This document shows, in pieces, positions 41,972-50,766 of a DNA stretch of 64,000 nt; the first letter of the stretch is position 1, and each line of letters begins with the position of its first letter. The stretch is from positions 43,556-107,555 of the forward strand of contig CAVVVH010000007.1 in assembly GCA_963751755.1 (NCBI GenBank). Reading direction: 5' to 3'. The notes below the pieces were generated by a model. It saw only the letters and a program-made list of their open reading frames with translations, was not told the DNA's origin and searched no databases. The translations under genes were made by a program, and so were the position numbers. This DNA is from Candidatus Dormiibacterota bacterium. Its GTDB lineage: Bacteria; Chloroflexota; Dormibacteria; Aeolococcales; Aeolococcaceae.

Positions 41972-43961
41972 GACATGGGCCGCAGGTGGAGGACGTGCGC
42001 CGGCTGGTGTGCTGGGTCGAGCCGGACGTAGTTGGCGGGGCCCCACCACGAGTACGTGGCGCCCGTGAGCTCGTCGTGCGCGGAGAAGGGCGCGTCGGCG
42101 GGGATGCCCAGGGCGGCGAGGTCGAGCCAGGTGGTGGCCTCGTGCGCGGAGTGGGGGTCGAGGTTGACGATGATGAGCAGCACGTCCTTGCCATCGTCGC
42201 TCATCCGCGAGACGCAGAGCATGTCGGGGGAGTCGATGTGGTGGACGTGCAGGGTGCGCAGCAGCGCGATCGCCTCGCGGTGGCGGCGCCGTATGCCGTT
42301 GATCGCCTCGATCATGGGCGCCAGCGAGCGCGGGTCGTTCCAATCGCGGATGCGCACCTGGTACTTCTCGGAGTTGAGGTACTCCTCGCTGCCCTCGCGC
42401 ACGGCGATGTTCTCGTACAGCTCGTAGCCGCTGTACATGCCCCAGGACGGCGCGGTCAGCGCGGCGAGGACGAGGCGCAGCCGGAAGGCGCCGGGGCCGC
42501 CGCGCTGCAGGAACGCGTGCAGGATGTCGGGCGTGTTGACCCAGAAGTTGGGCCGGAAGTAGTCGACCATCGTCGGTCGACGAGAGCTCCGTGAGGTACT
42601 CGGCGAGCTCCTCCTTGGTGTTGCGCCACGTGAAGTACGTGTAGGACTGGGTGAAGCCGGCCTTGGCGAGCGCCCGCATCACTGCCGGCCGGGTGAAGGC
42701 CTCCGCGAGGAAGAGCACGTCGGGGTGGCGTCTCGTGCACCTGGGCGATGAGCCACGTCCAGAACGGCAGTGGCTTGGTGTGCGGGTTGTCGACGCGGAA
42801 CACCCGCACCCCGTGCCCGATCCAGAACAGCATCACGTCGCGTAGCGCCGTCCACAGCGCCTCGCGGTCCTCGGTGTCGAAGTTGATCGGGAAGATGTCC
42901 TGGTAGCGCTTGGGCGGGTTCTCCGCGTAGCGGATCGAGCCGTCCGGGCGGTGGCGGAACCACTGCGGGTGCTCGGTCACCCAGGGGTGGTCAGGACTGC
43001 ACTGCAGCGCGTAGTCGAGCGCCACCTCGAGCCCCGTCTTGCGCGCCGCCGCGACGAAGGCGTCGAAGTCCCTGATGCTGCCGAGGTCGGGGTGGATCGC
43101 GGTGTGACCGCCCGCCGGCGTCGCCGATGGCCCAGGGGCTGCCGGGGTCGTCAGGGCCCGGGTCCAGGCTGTTGTTCGCACCTTTGCGGTGGGTGACCCC
43201 GATCGGGTGGATGGGGGGCAGGTAGACGATGTCGAAGCCCATCGCCGCGATCGCCGGGAGGCGCGCCCTGGCGGTGCGCAGCGTGCCCGGGTGTTGCGGG
43301 CGTCGGCTCCCTCCGAGCGCGGGAAGAACTCGTACCACGCCGAGAACGCGCCGAGCTGCCTGTCGATCCAGAGCGGGAAGGGACCGGCGAGCGTCCCCCC
43401 GCTGCGATCGATGGTGCGCTGCATCAGCGCGATCGCCGCCGGCCGTTCGGCGGCGGCCACGCGGGCCCCGGCCCCGGCCGTACCGCGGAGCGCCTTGGCC
43501 AGGGCGGCGAGCGCGGACCGGTCGGCGGCGCCCAGGCCGCCCCGCGCCAGGCGCTGCTCGGCGAGGAGCGCGCCCTCCTCGAGCTCGAGGGCGACGTCCT
43601 GGCCGTCGTCGAAGCGCAGCCTCAGGTCTCGCAACCAGCTCCCGTAGTCGTCGGGCACCCCCACCACCTCGAAGCTCCATGCGCCTGCCCTGACCGGCAC
43701 GAAGCTCGCCTCATATCGGTCGTTGCCCGCGGCGGGCAGCGTCAGCTCGCGCCACCCCGAGGGCGTCTTCGAGCCGGGTGATCCGCGCGCCGGCCGCGGC
43801 GGCCCGTGCCGGGCCCAGACGAGCAGTCGGTCGTGGCCGTCGGCGATCACCGTGGCGCTCACGTGCACAGGCAGACCAACCGCCGCCTTGGCCGGGTGCG
43901 CGCCACCGTCGACGACCGGGCGCACCTCCTCGATCAAAACTCGTCCCACGCCTGCGGGCAC
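41968..43961 (-). pseudogene. glgE: Alpha-1,4-glucan:maltose-1-phosphate maltosyltransferase GlgE, four frame breaks
   Basis: Conserved blocks lie in alternating frames. PAKAAVG...[11 protein letters not shown] is in one frame and [34 protein letters not shown]...GSPWAIG in another. Reading then returns to [11 protein letters not shown]...LQCSPDHPW...[10 protein letters not shown], then shifts to [17 protein letters not shown]...[11 protein letters not shown], then to [14 protein letters not shown]...SGYELYEN...EYL.SEKYQ. The breaks are at about 43286-43291, 43108-43118, 42720-42735 and 42568-42585. A likely GTG start at 43961 follows GGGAGGA. The ORF is open up to 43979. Confidence 0.85.
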
Positions 43962-44325
43962 GCCGGTCCTCCCTGTCACCTCACGCGCGGCGACCAGACT
44001 AGCGGCCGTGCCCGGCCTGGCGATGACGCGCGTCCGGACGGATCAGCAGCGGGCGGATCTCACGAGCCGGCGCGGAAGACGATGATCGAGGCCGGTTTCG
44101 GGCCGCTCGCGGCCGACTGTTTGGGAGGTGTCGAGGCGGGGCGTGCGCTGCTGGTGCGACGCGATGGCGTCGCCGGTGCCGTCCCAGGCCGCTCGTGGCC
44201 GCTGCGATCTGGCATGAACCCCCGCTCCTGCTCTCAGGCGCTGACGCGATGGGAGGGAACGTAGCACCGAGGTACCCGGTTTGTGTACGCCACCGTACCG
44301 TCGTGACGCGCTCGCGGCGCCGCCG

Positions 44326-45351
44326 TCAGGGTCGCTGCAGCACCCTCCCGGTGCGATCGACCACGAGCGTGAGGGTGACGTCGTGCCGGCCGATCCCCAG
44401 CGGGCCCGACACGACTGCACGTACTGAGTAGTGGAGCGTTCCGCCAGCATCTGTGACCCCGGCGCAGGTGGTGGACACGACGGTGGCGAAGTCCTCGGTG
44501 TTGTCCTGTCCGCACCCCGAGAGGTCGGGGAAGAGGGTGTTGACGTCAGAGAGCGGTGGACGGTCGGCGGGTGGTATGCCCGCCTCCACCGCGGCTGCGG
44601 CACTGGCCGGCAGCGGGATGGCTGGGTCCCCGGCGACGAAGGCGTCCTGGCCGTTCCAGCACACCTCGACACGCATGCTCACCGTCGCGCCGAACTCGGC
44701 GCCGACCATGTGGCCGGTTGCCACGTATGTACACGTGGCGCCCTGCACCCCTGACGCCAGGGACGCATTCGACGCCGTCACCACCTGCTCGGGCGCGAGC
44801 AGGATCAATGCCAGCCACGCGGCGACCACCACTGGCAGCGCCAACCACGCGAGACGCGCTCTGCGCCGTCCGTCGCCCGCCTCGTCGCTCTCGCCATCGG
44901 CCTGCACCCAGGCGATCACCAGGGTCGGCGTCATCACCAGGAGCTCGATGAGGATCACCAGGCCACGCCCGCTGACGCCGTTGTTGACCGCACTGTCCCC
45001 GATGCCGCTGTGGCCGGGCAGAAGGATCGTCGTCAGGAATGCGGAGGCCATGAGCACCACGACCTCGAGGAGGGCGCCCAGGCCCAGCAGGCGGAAACCG
45101 CGCCGGTAGGCAAGATCGCGCAACGCGCGTTCGCGTTCGTCCAGGTTTCGGGCGCGCGCGAACGCAAGGCCGCCGGTGGCCCGCACCAGGAGAACATCGA
45201 GGCCCGCAAGCACCAGCACCACGAGGATGCCGAAGCCGTGCAGGGATTGCGGCAGAAGGGAGCCGAGCAGCGCGGTGATCGCCACGATCGCGGCGACGAC
45301 TGTCCGCCGGCTGCGCCGCTTGCGGAGGCGCGATGACAGGCGCGCGATCAC
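44326..45351 (-). CDS. Membrane protein, DUF2178-like 4-TM N-domain plus Cys-containing extracytoplasmic domain (paralog B)
   Basis: There is a GTGA start/stop overlap with paralog A. NLDERERALRDLAYRRGFRLL is the DUF2178-type DERE helix. The C-domain carries VCWNGQDA...C...C...GTLHYS...VVDRTGRVLQRP. Confidence 0.65.
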   Translation of the reverse strand: MIARLSSRLRKRRSRRTVVAAIVAITALLGSLLPQSLHGFGILVVLVLAGLDVLLVRATGGLAFARARNLDERERALRDLAYRRGFRLLGLGALLEVVVLMASAFLTTILLPGHSGIGDSAVNNGVSGRGLVILIELLVMTPTLVIAWVQADGESDEAGDGRRRARLAWLALPVVVAAWLALILLAPEQVVTASNASLASGVQGATCTYVATGHMVGAEFGATVSMRVEVCWNGQDAFVAGDPAIPLPASAAAAVEAGIPPADRPPLSDVNTLFPDLSGCGQDNTEDFATVVSTTCAGVTDAGGTLHYSVRAVVSGPLGIGRHDVTLTLVVDRTGRVLQRP

Positions 45352-46457
45352 GGGAACTGCTCCAGGTTGCCGTGACGGTCGATTCGTAGATGCATGCTGA
45401 CCTCGCGGTGCAGGAACGGCAGCAGCATCGGCGACACCTCGGCGTCGTAGGTGAAGCTGAGGGTGCCATTGGCGCTCGTCGTCCGCTGACACGACACGGT
45501 GCGCACGGTGACCACGACACCGCCCCCGAACACACAGTCACTGTTGTTCAGGCCGAAATCCTCATAGGCACTCTTCCCGTTCCAGCACACACGAGCGCGC
45601 AGCGGAACGTCGGCGACCACCAGCACGCCCATCGTCCGGGTCGCGAAGAGCTCTCTGCAGTTCATCACGGCGCCGTTGGCGACCCTGCCGTCGGAGGCCG
45701 GCATCGACGACGCCGACAGCTGCTCAGGAAGGAATACGATCGCGACCGAGAACGCGAACGGAATGGCCACGGTCGCGGCCAGCAGCCAGGCTGCGACTCG
45801 GGCTCGTGTCGAGGCCGGCGCGCTGAGCTCACCGTCCAGCGGGATTCGCGCGGGTTCCAGGAACGCCAGCACCATTCCCGGGAGCACGAAGAGAAGTTCC
45901 GCGGCCGCGATGAGGCCGCCACCACCAAGGGAAGAGCCCAGCCACGTGCGGCTCTGCGTCGAGGCGACATCGCAGATGAGCGCAGCTGCCCCAACGCACG
46001 CCAGCAGCGCGTAGGCGATGCGATGTGCACGGTTGCGCAACGCTTCCTGGCGCTCGTCCACGGTGCCGTCGACGGCCGTGGCAACGCGCTGCGTGGCGCG
46101 ACCGAGCGCGATGTTGAGCAGGACGAGCACCAGGAAGAGACCGAGCAATCCCCCAGAGTCCGATGGTGTCGCGGGCGCCGGCGTGGCCACCAACGCGGCG
46201 CACACCGCGGCCAAGGCGATCACCAGGCCGCGCCGGACAGTGCGCCGGCTCAGCCAGCTGCCCGGTTCTGCCCGCACGCCCCGCAGCAGGAACATGGTCA
46301 CCAGCACGAGGACGATGTAGGCGCCGGCGGCGACGCTGCTCACCACCAGTCGACCCAGGAGCAGGAGCAGCAGGATCACCGCCAGCGCGGCCGTGATCCG
46401 GGTCGGGGTGAGTCGCGGGCGACCGAAGCGCCTGCGAACCTGTGGGCTAGCCAGCAT
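45348..46457 (-). CDS. Membrane protein, DUF2178-like 4-TM N-domain plus Cys-containing extracytoplasmic domain (paralog A)
   Basis: VDERQEALRNRAHRIAYALL is the DERE-type helix. The C-domain carries VCWNGKSA...C...C...GTLSFT...RIDRHGNLEQFP, collinear with paralog B. The start overlaps the end of the XRE gene. Confidence 0.65.
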   Translation of the reverse strand: MLASPQVRRRFGRPRLTPTRITAALAVILLLLLLGRLVVSSVAAGAYIVLVLVTMFLLRGVRAEPGSWLSRRTVRRGLVIALAAVCAALVATPAPATPSDSGGLLGLFLVLVLLNIALGRATQRVATAVDGTVDERQEALRNRAHRIAYALLACVGAAALICDVASTQSRTWLGSSLGGGGLIAAAELLFVLPGMVLAFLEPARIPLDGELSAPASTRARVAAWLLAATVAIPFAFSVAIVFLPEQLSASSMPASDGRVANGAVMNCRELFATRTMGVLVVADVPLRARVCWNGKSAYEDFGLNNSDCVFGGGVVVTVRTVSCQRTTSANGTLSFTYDAEVSPMLLPFLHREVSMHLRIDRHGNLEQFP

Positions 46458-46749
46458 CACCACCACCTGCCCCCGCCGCGCGGCGGTACAACTCCTCGCT
46501 CATCGGTCTGAACGGCTGGCGCGAGAAGATCGCCTCGATCGGCACGCCGAAGATCTCGCTGAGGCGGAAGGCGAGCTCGAGGCTCGGGTTGTAGTCGCCG
46601 CGCTCGAGGTATCCCACCGTCTGGTAATTCACCCCGACGGCGTCGGCGAGGGCCTGCCGCGACAGTCCTCGCTCGGCCCGCAGCACTGCGATGCGGTTGT
46701 GGAAACCGCCCGCCTGCCCCGCTTCAGCTTCCTCGGTTGATCGACTCAT
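46447..46749 (-). CDS. XRE-family HTH transcriptional regulator (YozG-like)
   Basis: NRIAVLRAERGLSRQALADAVGVNYQTVGYLERGDYNPSLELAFRLSEIFGVPIEAIF is present. Confidence 0.9.
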   Translation of the reverse strand: MSRSTEEAEAGQAGGFHNRIAVLRAERGLSRQALADAVGVNYQTVGYLERGDYNPSLELAFRLSEIFGVPIEAIFSRQPFRPMSEELYRRAAGAGGGDAG

Positions 46750-46872
46750 CGGGCAGAGTGTTGTAGTTCTACAACAGATTGTCAAGCGAGCGCCACATCA
46801 CGATGCGCCCCGCGATCCCGCGCCCCGTGAGAGCGCCACGGCCAACGCACCGCCTCGTACTGTGAAACGGAC

Positions 46873-47923
46873 ATGTCGCGCTATCGATGGGCACTGACCG
46901 GGCTGGCCGGACTGGTTGTGGCCGCCGTCCTGGTCACCGGGCTGCTCCGACCAGCCCCGCCCAGCGCCGCCACCGGCAGCGGCAACGCGGCGCTCATCCC
47001 CACCGACCAGCGCATGGGAGCGCCCGAGTTCACCGGCCTCGACGGCTGGCTGAACAGCAAGCCCCTCACCGTGAACGGCCTGCGCGGCAAGGTTGTGCTC
47101 GTCGACTTCTGGACGTTCTCCTGCGTCAACTGCGTGCGCACCATCCCCCACCTGCAGCACCTCCAGCAGGCGTACGGCGGCCGCGGCCTGGTCATCGTCG
47201 GCGTCCACTCCCCGGAGTTCGACTTCGAGAAGCAGCGCGCCAACGTCGCCGCGGCGGTCCAGCGCTTCGGGGTCACCTGGCCGGTGGCCATCGACTTCGA
47301 GATGAACACGTGGAACGCGTACAGCAACCAATACTGGCCGGCCGAGTACCTCGTCGACCAGTCCGGCCGTGTCGCCTACATCCACGACGGTGAGGGCGAC
47401 TACGACGTCACCGAGTTCGGCCATTGCGGCGCTTCTCGGCATCAACGCGCACCCGACGCCGGTCGCAGCAACCCCCGACCTCAGCGCGCAGACTCCCGAG
47501 CTGTACGCGGGGAGCGAGCGTGGCCAACTCGGCAACGGCGAGCACCACGGGACCATCGGAACGTCGGTGAACTACGGCAGCCAGGACACCACCACCGACG
47601 CCGACCGCATCGTCCTCGGAGGCACGTGGGCCGACCAGGGCCAGTACATGGTGTCGCGGACCGCCGGCCACGTCCTGCTCAACTTCTCGGCGCGCGACGT
47701 GTACCTGGTCGCGGGACCGGACTCGCAGCCGGTGCACGTCACCGTCACCGTTGATGGCAACGTCGTGAGCGCGCAGCAGCGCGGCCCCGACCTCGGCGCT
47801 GACGGCCTGGCCGTCACCAGCCAGCAGCTGTACCACGTTCTCGCCAACCAGGGCGGCGGCCGCCGTCTCCTCGACATCGCGGTGCCGGCCGGGTTCCGGC
47901 TCTACACGTTCACGTTCGGCTGA
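46873..47923 (+). pseudogene. Thioredoxin-like (DipZ C-terminal-type) membrane-anchored protein, one frame break
   Basis: An N-terminal TM segment is followed by LRGKVVLVDFWTFSCVNCVRTIPHL (CxxC) and ...GVHSPEFDFEK...YWPAEYLVD.SGRV..IH.GEGDYDVTE in the first frame. (S)AIAALLGI...ELYAG...GTWADQGQYMVS...VYLVAG... is in ORF 47369..47923. The junction is GAG T TCG at 47413-47419. Confidence 0.8.
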
Positions 47924-47927
47924 GCTG

Positions 47928-48881
47928 ATGCGCGCGTTCACGCCGGCGTCCGTCGCTCTGCTTGCGGTGTTGACACTGACGGCATGCGGCACGCAGACGT
48001 CTCCCCCGGACGCCGCCTCTTCGCTCTCGTCGTCTGCGGTGAGCGGAGTGATGGTGGATTCGGCGCACGGGTGGGGGTTGACCGGCGACGGCCTGGCGCG
48101 AACCTCCGACGGCGGCGCCACGTGGACCAGCCTCAAGGGTCTGCCGAAGATCAACTTTGGATCTGGCACCGTGGCCAGCTTTGCCGGCGCCGATGTTGCG
48201 TGGCTGTGCGAGCAGGGTCGCGCCCGCGGCTCGCAGCCGAGTGCGGCGGGCGACACCCGCACGTCAGCGTCCCCGCCCGCACTCTGCATCGCCACGGGAG
48301 ACGCGGGCAAGACCTGGGTTGCGCACGACGTGCCCGGCAGCGGCACCACGAGCGTCGGACGGCGCCGCGATGACGCGACCGTCGACAACGTGCTCGCCAC
48401 CAGCGGCCACGCGGCATGGGTGGTGGTGGGAACCCTGGACACCTTTGCGGGGGGCGGGCACGAGAGCATCGGCCTCATCGAGCTCGCGCTGCTCCACACG
48501 GTGGACTCGGGCGCCCACTGGTCGACGGTTCGCGACCAGAAGGTCGACCTCAATACGCCGTGGCCCGGGGCTGCGGCGAACTGGGTCGACGTTGGCGCGT
48601 CGGGGGCGCTCTACGTGAGTGGCTTCAGCAAGGGCATCGACCGCAGCACTGACGGCGGCGCCACCTGGTCGACACTGCCGGCCCCGTTGCCGGCCATCGG
48701 CGACCGCGGAACGCAGGTGTACTGCTCGCTGACGGAGAGCGGCACACGGCTGACGGTGACCATCCGCGCCGTCGTCAGCAACAACCGGCAGCTGTACGAC
48801 GAGACCAGCGGGGACGGCGGCCGGACCTGGTCGGGTCCGGTGCCCGCGCTGTCTCCACCCACCACCGTGGCCAGCTGCTGA
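47928..48881 (+). CDS. Lipoprotein with BNR/Asp-box repeats (Ycf48/sialidase-like beta-propeller)
   Basis: The lipobox is LTLTACG. Five S-x-D-x-G-x-T-W boxes are present: TSDGGATWTS, TGDAGKTWV, TVDSGAHWST, STDGGATWST and SGDGGRTWSG. Confidence 0.75.
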   Translation: MRAFTPASVALLAVLTLTACGTQTSPPDAASSLSSSAVSGVMVDSAHGWGLTGDGLARTSDGGATWTSLKGLPKINFGSGTVASFAGADVAWLCEQGRARGSQPSAAGDTRTSASPPALCIATGDAGKTWVAHDVPGSGTTSVGRRRDDATVDNVLATSGHAAWVVVGTLDTFAGGGHESIGLIELALLHTVDSGAHWSTVRDQKVDLNTPWPGAAANWVDVGASGALYVSGFSKGIDRSTDGGATWSTLPAPLPAIGDRGTQVYCSLTESGTRLTVTIRAVVSNNRQLYDETSGDGGRTWSGPVPALSPPTTVASC

Positions 48882-48882
48882 C

Positions 48883-49614
48883 GTGATCAGCATCGCGTCC
48901 CTGGTGGCGACGTTCGTCGCCGGGCTGGCGTCATTCCTCGCCCCGTGCTCGGTGCCGCTGCTGCCCGCCTATCTCTCGGCCGTCAGTGGCGCGGCCGCCG
49001 CCGACCTCGCGGACAACAGACGCCGTCGCGACGTCCGCGGCCGGCTGGTGGCCGGCGCGATGCTCTACGTCGCGGGGTTCACCACCGTCTTCATCCTCCT
49101 CGGGATCGGCGCAGCTGGCATCGGCCACTCAGTTCGCCAGGTGGAGCGCGGCGTCGAGATCGCCGGCGGGATCCTGCTGGTGGTCTTCGGGCTGCTGGTG
49201 GTGGGCGCACTGCGCCTGCCGTTCATGGAGCGGGTGCGCGGCGTGTCGTTGCCCGAAAGGCTGCAGGGTCGCGGCGTTGTGGCCGCGTACTTCGTCGGCA
49301 TCGTGTTCGGCATCGGCTGGACACCGTGCGTCGGCCCGTACCTCGGCGTCGCCTTCGTCCTCGCCGCCAGCAGTGCCCACGTCCTCTCCGGCGCGGCCCT
49401 GCTGCTGGCGTACTCCATCGGGCTCGGCCTGCCCTTCGTGCTCATCGCGCTTCTGTGGGCGTCGCTGCCGACGCTGCCGCGCCGCGTTGCCCGCCTCGCC
49501 GGCCCGATGACCCGCGTGGGCGGCGCCCTCACCATCGCGCTCGGGCTGCTCCTGCTCAGCGGCTGGTACACGCACCTGACGTCGTACCTGGCGCAGATCA
49601 GCACGCCCAGTTGA
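48883..49614 (+). CDS. ccdA: Cytochrome c biogenesis/thiol-disulfide transporter CcdA (DsbD family)
   Basis: FLAPCSVPLLPAYLS and GWTPCVGPYLG are the two conserved Cys-Pro motifs. Six TM segments are present. Confidence 0.85.
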   Translation: MISIASLVATFVAGLASFLAPCSVPLLPAYLSAVSGAAAADLADNRRRRDVRGRLVAGAMLYVAGFTTVFILLGIGAAGIGHSVRQVERGVEIAGGILLVVFGLLVVGALRLPFMERVRGVSLPERLQGRGVVAAYFVGIVFGIGWTPCVGPYLGVAFVLAASSAHVLSGAALLLAYSIGLGLPFVLIALLWASLPTLPRRVARLAGPMTRVGGALTIALGLLLLSGWYTHLTSYLAQISTPS

Positions 49615-49655
49615 GTCAAGATCGTTCCAGTCAACTCTGAAGAGGAGCGCGAAGC

Positions 49656-50135
49656 ATGGCACCCACCAAGTCGGCGACCAAAGCCACACCGAAACCTGCG
49701 AATCGCACCAGCTCGAAAGCCGCCCCATCCAAGGGATTCAGCGCCGAAGAGAAGGCCGCGGCGCGCGAGCGTGTCCGGGAGCTCAAGGCCGAGGCGGCCA
49801 AGGTGGATGGGAAGACGGAGCTGCTCGCGGCCATCGCCAGGATGCAGGAACCGGATCGCGCCATCGCCAAGAGGGTCCACGCGCTGATCACAGCCGCAGC
49901 ACCGGACCTCGCTCCGAAGACGTGGTACGGAATGCCCGCATACGCCAAGGACGGCAACGTGATCTGCTACTTCCAGAACGCAGGAAAGTTCAAGGTCAGG
50001 TACCAGACGCTCGGCTTCAGCGACAAGGCGAAGATCGACGACGGCGCCATGTGGCCGATTCAGTACGCGCTGAGCAAGCTGACCGCCACCGAGGAGGCCA
50101 AGATCACCGCGCTGGTGAAGCAGGCGGTGCGCTGA
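49656..50135 (+). CDS. DUF1801 (YdhG-like) domain protein
   Basis: A Lys/Ala-rich N-tail is followed by KTWYGMPAYAKDGNVICYFQNAGKFKVRYQTLGFSD. Confidence 0.7.
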   Translation: MAPTKSATKATPKPANRTSSKAAPSKGFSAEEKAAARERVRELKAEAAKVDGKTELLAAIARMQEPDRAIAKRVHALITAAAPDLAPKTWYGMPAYAKDGNVICYFQNAGKFKVRYQTLGFSDKAKIDDGAMWPIQYALSKLTATEEAKITALVKQAVR

Positions 50136-50184
50136 GGGCGCATGTTCTCGCCGAGGTGACGAACTGGCGACGTGGAGTCGGACG

Positions 50185-50721
50185 GTGACATCGCCGCAGA
50201 CACTCGGTGAAGGCGACCGGCGTCTTGTGGCGGCGTGGGCTGCCGACTGCGCCGAGCGAGTCCTGGGGCTGTTTGAGGCGGAAGTCCCAGGAGACGATCG
50301 CCCTCGCGCTGCGATCGCCCGCACCCGGGCGTATGCCCGAGGAGAGCTGAACACCGCCGACGAGATTCGTCGCCGCTTCGTCGGTGGTGTGCCTGCCGGC
50401 GAGGTGAAGGCTCCTGCGGCGTCGGCGGCTGCCCGAGCCGCCGGTCAAGCCGTGGCCATCTGCCACATGGGTGCGCATGCACTGGGCGCCGCCGCGTATG
50501 CCGTCAAAGCCGCCGGCCTGGCGGCTCCCGACCGGCCGGAGGCAGTCAAGGACGAGATCCGCTGGCAGCTCACCCACATGACGGCCGAGGTTCGACTCGC
50601 CCTGCGCTCCCTCCCCCCAGTCGGCGAGAACCGGTCCGGCCCGCTTGGGCCGGGCCTCCTCGCATCTGGTCAGCTCCGCGAGATCATCCGTGACCTGCAA
50701 GTCGGTCTCGCCACACGTTGA
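50185..50721 (+). CDS. All-helical putative immunity-protein-like family (Imm5-like; often mis-annotated as SbcC)
   Basis: GDRRLVAAWAADCAERVLGLFE....DDRPRAAIARTRAYARGE...AARAAGQAVAICHMGAHALGAAAYAVKAAG is the pattern I associate with that family. Confidence 0.5.
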   Translation: MTSPQTLGEGDRRLVAAWAADCAERVLGLFEAEVPGDDRPRAAIARTRAYARGELNTADEIRRRFVGGVPAGEVKAPAASAAARAAGQAVAICHMGAHALGAAAYAVKAAGLAAPDRPEAVKDEIRWQLTHMTAEVRLALRSLPPVGENRSGPLGPGLLASGQLREIIRDLQVGLATR

Positions 50722-50766
50722 ACCTCACCACGAGCGTCCTCGGCGCCTCGTCTGCATCATCCTGCG

